Assembly: GCF_964194155.1 (NCBI RefSeq) | Contig: NC_135891.1 | Location: 42,904,001-42,968,000, forward strand | Reading direction: 5' to 3' | Length of the DNA: 64,000 nucleotides | Origin: Cetorhinus maximus | Taxonomy: Eukaryota | Shown: one piece after another, positions 47,900-61,373 of the stretch | Numbering within the stretch: position 1 is the stretch's first letter | Layout of the letters: every line of letters starts with the position of its first letter | Made by a program: the position numbers and the translations under genes | The notes under the pieces: model-generated | What the model was told of the DNA's origin: nothing | The model's input: the letters and a program-made list of their open reading frames with translations, nothing else | Databases searched by the model: none

Positions 47900-49950
47900 G
47901 AACAGATGACGGGTGTAGAAAGCGCAGGAGATCCAACAGTTAGCCAACCATCATGATATGTGAGGTTTCTTTAGCACAGTCAAGACCAACTACGGCCCAA
48001 GCATCCAAGGCCCCACTCCACTGCTGGCCAAGAACACACAAGTGCTCATCGAAGACTGAGAGACAGTCAGTGCCCACTGGAAGGAGCACTTCGAAGATCT
48101 TAACAGCCATTCTGTCTTCAACGCGAGTGTCTTCAACCCCATCCCACAGCATGCTATCCACCACCACCTTAGCACAACCCCAACCCGCACGAGGTAGAGA
48201 AGGCCATTCCACAGCCAAAGAGCAAAATGCCATCAGAGTTGATGGAACCCCCCCCGACGCACTAAAGCTTGGTGGTGAAGCACTATTGGCACAAATACAT
48301 GGCCTCATCTCCCTTATCTGAAAGGAGGAGAGCATGCCAGGAGATCTCAGAGATGCCGTAATTGTGACCATCTTCAAGAAAGGTGACAAGTCTGACTGTG
48401 GTATCTATAGAGGAATCTCCCTGCTGTCGGCTACAGGGAGGTCATCACAAGAATCCTCCTCAATTGCCTTCTCCCTGTGGCTGAAGAGCTCCTCCCAGAG
48501 TCGCAATGTGGATTCCGCCCACTATGGGGCACAACGGACATGATCTTCACCGCGCAACAGCTGCAAGAGAAACACAGGGAACAGCACCAACCCTTGTACA
48601 TGACCTTCTTTGACCTCACAAAGGCCTTCGACACCGTCAACTGCAAAGGATTATGGAGCATCCTCCTCCATTTCGGCTGCCCCCAAAAGTTTGTCACCAT
48701 CCTCCGCCTGCTCCATGATGACGTACAAGCCGTGATCCTGACCAACAGATCCACCACAGACCCAATCCACATTCAGACCAAGGCTGTGTCATCGCACCGG
48801 CGCTCTTCTCAATCTTCCTTACCGCAATACTCCATCTCACCCTCAGCAAGCTCCCCACTGGAGTGGAGCTAAACTATAGAACAAGCAGGAACCTGTTCAA
48901 CCTCCGCTGCCTGCAGGCCAGATGCAAGGTCATCCCATCCTCTGTCATTGAACTACAGTATGCAAACGATGCTTGCATTTGCGCTCACTCGGAGGCCGAG
49001 TTTCACGCCATTGTCAACGCTTTCACCGAGGTGTATGAGAGCATAGGCCTTACTCTAAACATCCATAAGAAAAAGGTCCTCTATCACCCTGTCCCCTCCA
49101 CACCACATTGACTACCCGGTTAACAAAATCCACGATGAGGCCTTGGGGTGGACCACTCTCCATACCTTGGGAGCCTACTGTCAACAAGGACAGACATTGA
49201 CGGCAAGGTTCAACACCACCTTCAGTGTGCCAGCACAGCCTTTGGCTGCCTGAGGAAGAGAGTGTTTGAAGACCAGGATCTCAAACCTGGCACCAAGCTC
49301 ATGGTCTACAGAGCAGTAGTGATACCTGCCCTCCTATATGGCTCAGTGACATGGACTATGTACAGCAGACACCTCAAAATTTTGGAGAAGTCCCACCAGC
49401 GCTGCCTCTGCAAGATCCTACAAATCCATTGGCAGGATAGACACACCAACATCAGTGTTCTCTCACAGGCCAACATCCCCAGCGTTGAAGCATTGACTAC
49501 GATCGATCAGCTCCGCTGGGCGGGCCACATCGTCTACATGCCTGACACGAGACACCTGAAACAAGCACTCTACCCAAAGCTTCAACATGGCAAGTGAGCC
49601 CCAGGAGGGCAGAGGAAAAGCTTCAAGGACACCCTCAAAACCTCCTTGAAAAGGTACAACATCCCCACTGACATCTGGCCCAACACCGCCCGAAGTGGAG
49701 GGAAAGCATCCGGGAAGGAGCTGAACAACCTCAAGTCTCATCGCCAAGGGCTAGCTGAAGCCAAATGTCCACAGCAAAAGGAGCGCATGGCAACCTGGGC
49801 ACCCCACCCACCCATTCCCCCTACCACTGTCTGCCCCACCTGTGACAGAGACTGTAGGTTGAGCATTGGACTCTTCATTCACCTGAGAACTCATTTTTAG
49901 AGTGGAAGCAAGTCATCTCCCACCCCAAATGACTGCCTAAGAAGAAGAGA
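47900..49950 (+). mobile_element. 5'-truncated RTE-clade LINE
   Basis: IFKKGDKSDCGIYRGISLLS, LPESQCGFRP, FFDLTKAFDTVN, LQYAND, KLMVYRAVVIPALLYGS, QLRWAGHI. Short (aag)n tail at ~49939-49948. Confidence 0.92.
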
Positions 49951-51085
49951 AGATTTGTACTTCCTTGTTAAACTGAGTTACTTTTGATTTAGTCATGTTA
50001 AATTAGGAATCTTTATTTCTAGCAAGATCTGAGGTGGATAATTGGTTGATATAAGATCAGATCTGATATGTAAAGTTACCAAACACTATGCTTTACATGT
50101 TTGTAATACTTCTGAGGTATGATGCTCTGAGGTGTAATTTTTTGACGTCTGACACTGCAGGACTCACATTTTCCAGTGTAGTGCCTTTGAAAGATGTGTC
50201 ATGAAAGACATGCTAAATGTAAGACTTTTAATTAAATAGTGTGACCAACAGTATGATACGAATATATGCATTATCATGCTAGCCGTAACGCTCTTGTGAA
50301 TTCATATTTCCAGTTAGTAAAGTATAATTGTGCTGAATTGATCTTGACATATCCTTTGTTGAATATGATGCTTCCAGTTGTACAACAGCTTTGTACAATT
50401 TCATAAATTATTTGCAACAGAAGCCAAGCCAGATCCTATTACAATGCAACATATGACAGCCAATATTATGGTGCCGCAATTACGTCCAGTCATCTTATTT
50501 CAGGAGTCTAATGCATATAAATGGTTCCATTAGCAGTAGAAATTCTTTCCATTTACATATCAACAACAAATTCCATTTGTATGGATTCTATAATACCCAA
50601 AGGTGCATCACTGAGGCAAAAGCTGCTTTGGGCAGTAATGGAAGAGTTTGGAGTATTGACTGGCAGGTGATCCCACAGTCCCAATTCCATTTGTGATGTC
50701 AGGTTGCAAGGGGGTGGACACGGGTACTGCCTGCATACTCCTTCCCTCCCCCACCCAGGAAATCCCAGGACTTTACAAAGACCCAGCACAATTCGATCCC
50801 ATTGCAAATTCCACTGCCAATGATGCTGATTATCTCCCGAATCCGATGTAAAACTTCACTCATTTTCAAGGTCAGCATCTTTAAACTGAATATATTTGTT
50901 CTGAAACAACACACTAGAGGGAGCTTTAGAGCTAGAGTCAGAATGCGGATCTTTGTAATTATACTTCAGCTCCCACAAGAATTATACACATTAATTTCAT
51001 TACAACAAACCCTGCTAATAACAATCTCATAAGTCAGCTTGATAAAGAACACTTGAAACTATATAGACCAACAATGGAAACATCA

Positions 51086-53582
51086 CAAAAACAGAATTAC
51101 CTGGAAAAACTCAGCAGGTCTGGCAGCATCGGCGGAGAAGAAATCAGTTAACGTTTCGAGCCTTCATGGCCCTTCGGCAGAACTGAAGCATAGTTAGAAG
51201 AAGGGAGAAATATAAATTGGTTTAAGGTGCGGGGGGGGGGGGGGGGGGGGTGGAGAGAGAGACATTGAGGGTGTGGTGTGGTGATTGTGGAGATGAGCAG
51301 ATAATCAAAAGATGTCACAGACAAAAGGGTCAAAGAGGTGTTGAAGGTGGTGGTATTTGTCTGAGAAAAGTGCTAATTAAGAATGGAAGACAGGATATTC
51401 AAAGTACAGCTCTAGTGGGGGTGGGGTGGAAAGACTAAAGGTTTTAGTTTTAGATTTAAAAATAATGGAAATAGGTGGGGAAAGAAGAATCTATATAAAT
51501 TATTGAAAAAAAAAGCGGGGGGGGGGAAAGAAACGGGGTGGGGGTGGGGATGGGGGGAGGGGGAGTTTAAGATCTAAAGTTGTTGAATTCAATATTCAGC
51601 CCGGAGGGCTGGAAAGTGCCTAGTCGGAAGATGAGGTGCTGTTCCTCCAGTCTGCGTTGGGCTTCACTGGAACAATGCAGCAAGCCAAGGACAGACATGT
51701 GGGCAAGAGAACAGGGTGGAGTGTTAAAATGGCAAGCGACAGGGAGGTTTGGGTCTTTCTTGCGGACAGACCGCAGGTGTTCTGCAAAACGGTCGCCCAG
51801 TTTGCGTTTGGTCTCTCCAATGTAGAGGAGACCGCATTGGGAGCAACAAATGCAGTAGACTAAGTTAGGGGAAATGCAAGTGAAATGCTGCTTCACTTGA
51901 AAGGAGTGTTTGGGCCCTTGGACGGTGAGGAGAGAGGAAGTGAAGGGGCAGGTGTTGCATCTTCTGCGTGGGCATGGGGAGGTGCCATAAGTGGGGGTTG
52001 AGGAGTAGGGGGTGATGGAGGAGTGGACCAGGGTGTCCCGGAGGGAACGATCCCTACGGAATGCCGTCAGGGGGGGTGAAGGGAAGATGTGTTTGGTGGT
52101 GGCATCATGCTGGAGTTGGCGGAAATGGCGGAAGATGATCCTTTGAATGCGGAGGCTGGTGGGGTGATAAGTGAGGACAAGGGGGACCCTATCATGTTTC
52201 TGGGAAGGAGGAGAAGGCGTGAGGGAGGATGCGCGGGATATGGGCCGGACACGGTTGAGGGCCCTGTCAACGACCGTGGATGGAAAACCTCGGTTAAGGA
52301 AGAAGGAGGACATGTCAGAGGAGCTGTTTTTGAAGGTAGCGTCATCAGAACAGATGCGACGGAGGCGAAGGAACTGAGAGAATGGGATGGAGTCTTTACA
52401 AGAAGCGGGGTGTGAGGAGCTGTAGTCGAGGTAGCTGTGGGAGTCGGTAGGCTTGTAATGGATATTGGTGGACAGTCTATCATCAGAAATTGAGATAGAG
52501 AGGTCAAGGAAGGGAAGAGAAGTGTCAGAGATGGACCATGTGAAGATGATGGAGGGGTGGAGATTGGAAGCAAAATTAATAAATTTTTTCAGGTCCCGAC
52601 GAGAGCATGAAGCAGCACCGAAGTAATCTTCGATGTGCCGGAGAAAGAGTTGTGGGAGGGGGCCGGAGTAGGACTGGAACAAGGAATGTTCCACATACCC
52701 CATAAAGAGACAGGCATAGCTGGGGCCCATGCGGGTACCCATAGCCACACCTTTTATTTGGAGGAAGTGAGAGGAGTTAAAGGAGAAATTGTTCAGTGTG
52801 AGAACAAGTTCAGCCAGACGGAGGAGAGTAGTGGTGGATGGGGATTGTTAGGGCCTCTGTTCAAGGAAGAAGCTAAGGGCCCTCAGACCATCCTGGTGGG
52901 GGATGGAGGTGTAGAGGGATTGGACATCCATGGTGAAGAGGAAGCGGTTGGGGCCAGGGAACTGGAAATTGTTGATGTGACGTAAGGTGTCAGAGGTATC
53001 ACGGATGTAGGTGGGAAGGGCCTGGACAAGGGGAGAGAGAAGGGAGTCAATATAACGAGAAATGAGTTCCGAGGGGCAGGAACAGGCTGACACGATCGGT
53101 CTGCCAGGACAGTTCTGTTTGTGGATTTTGGGTAGGAGGTAGAAGCGGGCCGTCCGAGGTTGGGCGACTATCAAGTTGGAAGCTGTGGGAGGAAGATCTC
53201 CAGAGGAGATGAGGTCAGTGACAGTCCTGGAAACAATGGCTTGATGTTCTGTGGTGGGGTCATGGTCCAGGGAGAGGTAGGAGGAAATGTCTGCGAGTTG
53301 ACGCTTAGCCTCCGTGAGGTAGAGGTCAATGCGCCAGACAACAACAGTACCACCCTTGTCAGCGGGTTTGATGACAATGTTGGGGTTGGACCTGAGAGAA
53401 CGGAGTGCAGTGAGTTCAGAGAGAGACAGATTAGAATGGGTGAGAGGAGCAGAGAAATTGAGACGGCTAATGTCACGCCGACAGTTCTCAATGAAAAGAT
53501 CAAGAGAAGGTAAGAATCCAGAGGGAGGGGTCCAAGTGGAGGGAGAATATTGGAGGTGGGTAAAAGGATCCGTTGAACGGGG
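51086..53582 (-). mobile_element. Penelope-like element (RT plus GIY-YIG endonuclease), 5'-truncated and inactivated
   Basis: ORFs 52848-53174 and 51567-52748 are in one frame split by a TAA. Motifs FYLLPKIHK, GRPIVS, TMDVQSLYTSIP, GVAMGTRMGPSYA and NLVYCICCSQCGLLYIGET. The catalytic YIDD reads HIED. Possible target-site duplication aacatca (51079-51085, 53583-53589). Confidence 0.95.
51145..51185 (-). ncRNA. Minimal type I hammerhead-ribozyme-like motif (variant core)
   Basis: Minus strand reads cagtt-CTGCCGA-a-gggcc-atgaa-ggctc-GAAAC-GTT-aactg, with a perfect 5-bp stem I. Confidence 0.6.
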
Positions 53583-54369
53583 AACATCAAGTATGTATCA
53601 TTGAAGAACACTGATCCAGAGAAAACAAATTCATATGGTTACTCCTAAGAACTTGAAGGAGTCTATTGTTGGTTTAACACAGTCAGGGAGAGTGAAGGAA
53701 TATGATTGAATCAGTGGCATTGAGCTGAGAGAGGAAAAGGGCATGGAAGGCCCAGAAATAGTTATCCCTTCACTGGATGAGTTTAGGAAGGCATTATCTG
53801 GAACTGAGATCTTTTTCCTTTGGTTAACAATGTAGAGAAAAACACCAATGGTATGAAACAGTGCATACTGTTTAGCTTTTTTTAAATGTAACAAACTGAT
53901 GTTTAATTCAAATTGATAATTTCTTTATCTTACAGACACAGCAAATTGCCAAAATTTTAGTGAACACTCCGATACACCTTGGGTCTGTCAAACCCCTGCA
54001 GGTTCATTATAGTCAAGTTTGCATATATAGAACATATAAAATATTGAAAAGGAAAGCAATGTTATTGAGTATGATGAGAAATTGTAGTAAAAAAATAATT
54101 TTATCAAGCTAATCCTTTCAATTTTGTCTGATAAAGTGGGATTTGAAAGCTGAACAGGCTGAGGGAAATTGTAATATGACATGTTTGCATTATCTTTTGG
54201 TGCACAAATGTACTTGCAGGATTTCAATTGAAGATTTTATAAAACCTATTTTAGTCCAATTTACATGGATGTATTAATTTCAACATGTTGTTACAACTGG
54301 AAACTTATTGAAATTTAAAAAGGGCTTATTTTTAAACACCATTCATGTGTTGTCTGGATTTTTAAAAAA

Positions 54370-54755
54370 ATTTTCAGGGGCGTGGACATCACAGGCCAGC
54401 ATTTGTTGCCCATCCCTAAATGCCTTTGAACTGAGTGGTTTGTTAGGCCATTTCAGAGGGCAGTTAAGAGTCAACCACGCTTCTTTTGGTCTGGAGTCAC
54501 ATGCAGGCCAGGCCATGTAAGGATGGCAGATTTCCTTCCCTAAAGGGCATGAGTGAACCAGGTGGATTTTTACAACAACAATTGATGGTCGTTGTCATGG
54601 TCACTATTACTGAGACATTCCAGATATGTTAATTAAAGTTAAATTCCACCAGCTACTGTGGTGGGATTTGAATCCATGTCCCGAAGAGCATGAACCTGAG
54701 CCCAGGCCTCTGAACTACTCACCCAGTGACATTGCCACCACACCACTTTCCCCTG
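54370..54755 (-). mobile_element. HE1-type V-SINE
   Basis: Reverse-complement core (ggtctggagtcacatgcaggccaggcc..gtaaggatggcagatttccttccctaaagg) and tail. Confidence 0.85.
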
Positions 54756-55965
54756 CCTTGAAAGTTTCTTTTGCTTATGACATTGAAGCCTAACATGATT
54801 GTTTCATGTTTTATGGTGGCGTGTGTCTAAAATTAATTTGGGAGAGCGTCTCATTGAGAACATTATCTGCATGGTTGCAAATTATCCCTAATCCAGTGAA
54901 GAGTTATCAGCAGAGATGCAGAATACCAAAAATAACCAGTAGATGTCGGCCTTGGCAGTATCTGAAAACCAATAAGCCTATTCCCGATGAGCAACAGTAA
55001 AAAAGTCTATACAATATAGTAATGATCAAATGTTATTAAGTAATCACTGCTAGTATCTAATTTTATTACCAGAACAAACAATTCATCAAATGGCTCATTG
55101 TCTGAATTTTCCAACTTTTACAAAAAAAATCCCATTGTGCAAATCAGCTATAAACTAAATTGTTGCACCTAAAGGAACATAGATAATAAATGTGTGTTTA
55201 AACTCTACTGTGATTCCATCTCATTAACACAAAACATGGATTCTTTCTAAACATAATTGGCTAATAGGTGTGCATTTGCTGGCATAAACGCTTCATTTAA
55301 TCGTGGTATATCTTGAACTATAGAAATAACCTTATTTAGTATGAATGCCACTTCTGAATTCAGCTCTGGATTTATAATAATGAAAAAATACTGGATCATA
55401 ATTTTGTGGTCAGTAAATTGGATTATTTCAATATTACAACAATATTAAAACATTTGGACATGCACAAAAACCCATCACTGTGCTTAGTAGTTTTGAAAAC
55501 AAGCTATTGAGAAATCAGCACAGTAGAGTTTTTGTTGCTTGATATGGAATGTTCATTTCCCTTGTAAGTACATACTCAACATGCCTAAGGCCAGGTTAAT
55601 ATAGACACCAGTTGTCAAGAACCAAGGTTTGCAGACCCCAAAATGACCACAGGGGTAATGATCTGGTGTTTAACTAGCTAGAGCCATGCAGCTTACCAGC
55701 ACAAAGCACTGCTTGTCCACTTATGACCTGCTAAAGCACTGGGTTGTAATGGGCCCCATCAATGAGCGAGGCCACTAGTCAATCATCAGTGACCCCATAA
55801 CGTATCACCGACCTGTCCGGCCTCAAGTAATGGTTGACCAAGCTTGTCACAGAGCATTAAAGAAGATTGTCTTAATCTTTCATTGCCGTCAACCATCTTG
55901 ATCCCAAAGAAACCCCACTCGGCGATGTCTCTCCAGCACTCCTCCAACCCCCCTCCCCCCCACCA

Positions 55966-55987
55966 ACACACACACACACACACACAC
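55966..55987. repeat. (CA)n microsatellite
   Basis: Seen directly. Confidence 0.9.
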
Positions 55988-58489
55988 GCGCAGAAGATTG
56001 TGTCTAGTTGGGTATTAGATGCTAGAAGTTGTGGAGTTGAGTTCTCACCAGGCAGACTGGAAGTATCAAGATCGTCTCATCATGGAGAATATGAGTACAT
56101 TGTTCTCATCCTGCCCGGGTGAACCCCCTTACTGCACTTAGGAAGAGCCAATACTCTAACCCTCCAGTGAGTCCATTGATCGAAAAAGCAAATGGAGTGA
56201 ACTAGAATCACAATGAGTCTGTCAGAAACTGGAATCTTCCATAAATGCCTGAAACCTATCTTATGATGCCATCCAACTCACTGAAGAAGACATTGAACAA
56301 TATGTTAAACAATGTCCGACCTTAATCTTTCTGAACGGAAAATGTCGTGTAAATCAGCAACATACCCTATGACATTTCATGTAAAGAAATCCAGTCTCCT
56401 GCTTTATAAGGGCTGTCCACCTCTTAGTATTTTGAAATGCCTTTTGCATCTGAGCGATGAAATGATGCTAAATATTGCATAACCAAAAATCAAGACTAAA
56501 GTGCAACATGCACCATTTTATGTTTACATTCTTGTCTGTTTCAGAAAATCAACCGAAGTCTCTGCACATTATTTAAAAAAAACGACACTGGATTCTGCTG
56601 GAGAATCATCACATCATAGATACGTTAATGAAGAGATGGCTTCGTTAAACTGCCTGCCTTTAACTACTGTGTTCTCTTTAGTTTTCACATCTTCCGATGT
56701 GAGAAAGATGTTAATGTTAATACTACAATCTAATCTTTTTTCTAATTATACAATTTTAAGAAACTTATTTTAAAAAAATGTTAACCCATGTTAACAGGGT
56801 CCGCCCTCCAAACGTGGACCAGACACCTTAAAAGGGCAGCTAGAAATGCCCACCTGCTTAAAAAACAATTTTGGCTTAAGCTTATTATTGTCTCAAGCTC
56901 TGGCATGATAGGAGTAAAAAAAAAGATCATCTTTAATAATACTGGGATTATCTGGAACTGCCTTAGTTAACTGGATATTTTGCCATTGCTGTTTCAAAGG
57001 GTTAATATGGTGCCTCCTCGACCAGCTGATCTAAAGCTGTGGGCTTTCTCTGCAGTTCTATCCACTCCAGCCCAAGTCCCCACCATCTGAATACCTTTCA
57101 CTGCCTGCACCTGTCCTAAAGCGTCTGTCTTATCTGTCCTCACACCTGGATGACATCAGCAGCAGAAGGCCAGGCAGGTGCATCCTGTCCCGACACGTGG
57201 CCCCGAGCCTGGGGGATGTCTTAAGAGGAAATCTGAGTCACAAACCAATGTTTTGCTTGCCTGTATGGAATTCTGTACGTGCCAACCACTCCAAAGGAGG
57301 CTCAGTTACCGCTCTTCAATAAGCAAGATGTGACTTGCATGGCATCCCTAGTATTGTGTATATTTGACTCTGAATTCGCGCTGTCAGGGTAGCAAGACAT
57401 AACATTTATCCTGGATTGCGATTCACAATCCGCAGCTCAAAACGCTGAATCCAAATTACGCCTTTGAGTTATTTAGGGATGATTTGAAAGCGACTGACTC
57501 TCAAAAACACCCGCCTGAAATCCATTTAGCTGAGAGGAAAGACAGTTTTTCCAGCTGCAATGTATAGCAGAATATAGTTCGGTTTTCAAGTGTCAAACGT
57601 TAGGCGGTTGCAACATCATACATGTGTTTGAGACGTATTTAGATCCATATTAACTCACACATTGTTATCTTAAAAATAATCATTATCTGCTGATATTGTT
57701 AACGGGACAAGCGTGTACTGCACAGGGATGCACGTCTGATTTCGGCTTCTGTCGTGCATTACCTGTCTGATACAAATGGCCCCCATTCATATATATGTAT
57801 AACTGTGTACAGTTGCCACTGGCTGAAACGGAGGGAGGGGTGGCAGTGTTTAGTTATCTCCAGCTATCCGTTCGGAGTGCGCCGTTTTACGCGAGGAACA
57901 ACACGTCTCAATTGACAGTCTCATTTTTTTTTAAGGAATGTCACACATGCAGTCACGATTCTCGAACTAAGTACTTAATGTCCATCGCTTGGAAACGCTG
58001 GCGGAGCTCGAGGGGAGTCCTGGCAAAGTTGAATGGGGATTTGACAAATAGATAATTGACATGGGACTGGGATTTACCGTTAGCAACAATCAGTTGAGGC
58101 AAAGTGGGGGTAGAACTGGACGAGGCTAATTGGCGGATTAGTAAATGGATCAGAACAGGAACAGATTTCTTGTTCTGTGTTCTATTAAATACCTCACCTT
58201 TGAAATTAAAATCGAGAGACTCCCTCAAAATGTTTCCATTCTGGTTAGAAACATTCACTTGTTTTCAACCTAACATTTATAAAATTAGATTTTAATGCCT
58301 TGGTGCATAATCCGTGCGGTACTAAAATGCCTAACCTAATACATAGTGACAAGTGCCAATTTAGTTCTCGTTCGATTCCTGATCGGCTGTGAACTGTTGT
58401 TCCAGCTCTAAGCGCTTATTCAGTCCAGACAATGGGTTTCGATCGGTCTCTTAGTGTCATTCAGTCTTGGGGACTATGTGCTGAGATCC

Positions 58490-58774
58490 TGAGGGTTGCA
58501 GCTTTGTACAAACACCTGTTGGGAGCGGATCCCGACGCCAAAGCCCCTCCCTGTCTCTCGGCTTCCCCCTGGTGCTTCCATCCGATTGGATGGCGATGGG
58601 ACAAATGCAAGTTATTCCTCCTCCTCCAGCCGGCTCCTGAACCCAATATTTACCAGATCGCGCACATTTTCCACAAGTGGGCTCACTGCATTAAAACAAC
58701 GAGGTGGATTCAATCGAGGCACTCGCTGTTTAAACAGGACTTGGAGAATCTAGGCAATCCCCCACTCTCTCAAG
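58490..58774 (+). promoter_or_regulatory. SNAI1 proximal promoter and 5' UTR
   Basis: CpG-enriched. E-box CACCTG at 58513, ATTGG at ~58585, CCAAT at ~58643, TATA-like cattaaaa at ~58689. Confidence 0.6.
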
Positions 58775-58853
58775 ATGCCCAGGTCTTTCCTTATTAAGAA
58801 GCATTTCTCAACCACCAAAAAACCAAACTACAGCGAACTGGACAGCCAGACAG
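58775..58853 (+). CDS. SNAI1: SNAI1 exon 1 (SNAG domain)
   Basis: MPRSFLIKKHFSTTKKPNYSELDSQT, donor G|gtaaag. Confidence 0.95.
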
Positions 58854-59301
58854 GTAAAGGGAGCGTCTGAGACAAGTCATTGGCATTTAACTTGGCTTTT
58901 CAGTTTTGTTAGCGATGAATGGTGTTTTGATTCATTCCTTTCTTAATTGGAGTAAATTACATCCAAATAGTGGAATGGCAATGTGATTTTACCATGTTAC
59001 CAAATGGAAAGGGTGTGTTTTGGACCGTATATTAAAGTTAGGATTAAGCAAAACAAAACCAGTAAAGCCTTTGCCTGAGGGCACGTTAACGTGACTGCGA
59101 TAGGCAGCATCGATATGACCTGCACATATGTTGTTGCTTTCGATTTAGTGTGTGATTTTTTTTTTTGTGAAAGCAATGAACTCCTAGGTTATAAATCTGG
59201 GAACCGTGCTCATGGTCCGTTTTGTGCCGCCAGATGTGAGCAGCTGGGATGAGCTCTCCATTCATTGATGCTCATGTTGTTTGTTTGTTTGTTTGTTTCA
59301 G

Positions 59302-59838
59302 TGATTATCTCTCCATTTCTCTATGAGAAGTACCCGATCCCAGTCATCCCGCAGCCTGAAATCCTCAGTTCCGGAGCTTATTATCCCGCCATCGTGTGGG
59401 ACACGGGGTTGATCTCAAGCCTCTGCTCTGCTGAAATCGAAACGAACCTGGCCGGTACGAAAAGCGAGCCCCCTTCGGCGGACAACTCCAAGCGGCGCAA
59501 ACCTCACGACCTAGCATCCCTATCGAGCGAGGAAGAGGACGGGAAGACATCAGACCCTCCCAGTCCAGACTCTTCGGCAACAGAAGCGGAGAAATTTCAG
59601 TGTAATCACTGTAGCAAGTCCTATTCGACGTTTGCCGGACTCTCCAAACACAAGCAGCTACACTGCGAGCCCCAGAGCAGGAAATCCTTTAACTGCAAGT
59701 ACTGTGAGAAGGAGTACGTCAGTTTGGGAGCCCTGAAGATGCATATCAGGAGCCACACGCTGCCCTGCGTCTGCAAAATCTGTGGCAAAGCTTTCTCCAG
59801 ACCCTGGCTGCTCCAAGGACACATCCGCACGCACACTG
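59302..59838 (+). CDS. SNAI1: SNAI1 exon 2 (Ser/Pro-rich region, zinc fingers 1-3)
   Basis: [27 protein letters not shown]...[31 protein letters not shown]...CKYCEKEY...[22 protein letters not shown]. 537 nt, ttcag|...G|gtgagt. Confidence 0.95.
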
Positions 59839-61373
59839 GTGAGTATTCCCAACAAATCCAACCGCTCATCAACTTCTCAAATCTCTCTTGGGGTGGGAAA
59901 TTTAATCGTTCGTTTAACTTTATAAGTCCTGGAATTTACTGCCGACGTGATTTTTTTTTCTTCCGTTTTACTCCTCGCCGATACATTAAACTTAAAGGTA
60001 ACTCACACAAACCGTTGGTTTGTTCTACAGTAGACCACGTTAGTAGAATTAGAATTCTGCTGACCTGTGTCAGTTCGCCCAACCTTCAACTGGAACGCCA
60101 TTTCGTGGATATTTAATCCACTGTACTGAGAAATAGGAAAGTGCCGATATACGTCTCTTCATTCGGTTCTGTGAAATATTCGATTAAAGTTGCTCAGTTA
60201 TATCTAGTAGTTGAGCGAGCGATTGCAATTCACATCTTTTGCTTTGCACGATCACTAATAAATGAAGGTAACCCGCTCTTCACAATTGATTCGAATTTTT
60301 ATATGTTTAACGTATTTCACGTACTGATGTATAACTTACTTCCCTTTGAATTAGTACAAAAGGCGCACATGGTGCAATAAAACCACCTTTCAGCCAAAAA
60401 CATTGTTGGTGGCTTTCCAGACTGCGTTTTTGTCCCCGACATTGTCTCCAACAGCTAAAAGAGGATGCTCTTAGTGGGAAACAAAAAGACCCTGTTGTGA
60501 TTCTTCGTTTCACAACTATTGCATTTAATTCTTTTTGAGTGGTGGTGTTCTCCTGCGGAGGACCAGTTGACAGACATGGGGCAGGTGCATTGATGTAGCA
60601 GTGCAGTTTGTACAGTGCACCTGTTACAGTACACTGCAGGCACAGCTATAGACTCCAGCTGTCACCTATTGGGGCCATCGGTTCTAAATGCAAGAATTAT
60701 CACTTTTCACAATGCAGCCTCTCCAGACCTATTTATCAGCCTCTGGCATGGGTTAATTCCCACTTTGTTGTTGATTTCACACCTTCTTAAGTAACAGCAA
60801 ATGCCCTCAAAGGAATTAGTTAAAGAAAACTTTTTCTTCATTTTGCCTTGTAAATCGACCCTTAATCACAGCTTCTTTGAAGATGCAATTCTTGAGTTTG
60901 GGTTCCAGCTTCCCACACCACCACCCCCGCCCCCCACCTCTTTTTAAAGACAGATGGTTTATTTGTTTCATATTTTGTTAAAGATTTAATATTAAAGGCT
61001 TATTTTGCTAATTCACCAATCCACAAGTTAAAACATCTAATATATTACACAATATAAGATGTACTGCGAAAATGGTTCTCAAGTCTGATTTGTGATGTTG
61101 CATCCATTGTTAATGTAATCCAATATAACTCTTTTGTCTCGAATATGTTTGGCTGCATTAGCTTCATAGTGCAAAAAATCAATATTTTAGAGATTTAACC
61201 TGTTTCAATTTTCATCCTTTGTCACTGCCCAAAATATGCCTTAATTTCTATATGTTTTATTTTGGTGAAATAGCACTGAGAGAACCTAGTTAAATAAATT
61301 TTTTGAATGAAATTTCCATGTGTTTATAATAAAACCTAAAGGAATCAATTAACCGCTGCACTTTTTTCCTCAG

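Noticed and set aside
52067-52985. Extra overlapping ORFs on both strands of the Penelope element
   Set aside because: Alternative-frame and antisense shadows of a GC-rich coding sequence.
59265-60116. 283-aa single-exon zinc-finger protein from the ORF track
   Set aside because: It is SNAI1 exon 2 read through into both flanking introns; canonical splice sites bound it at 59302 and 59838.
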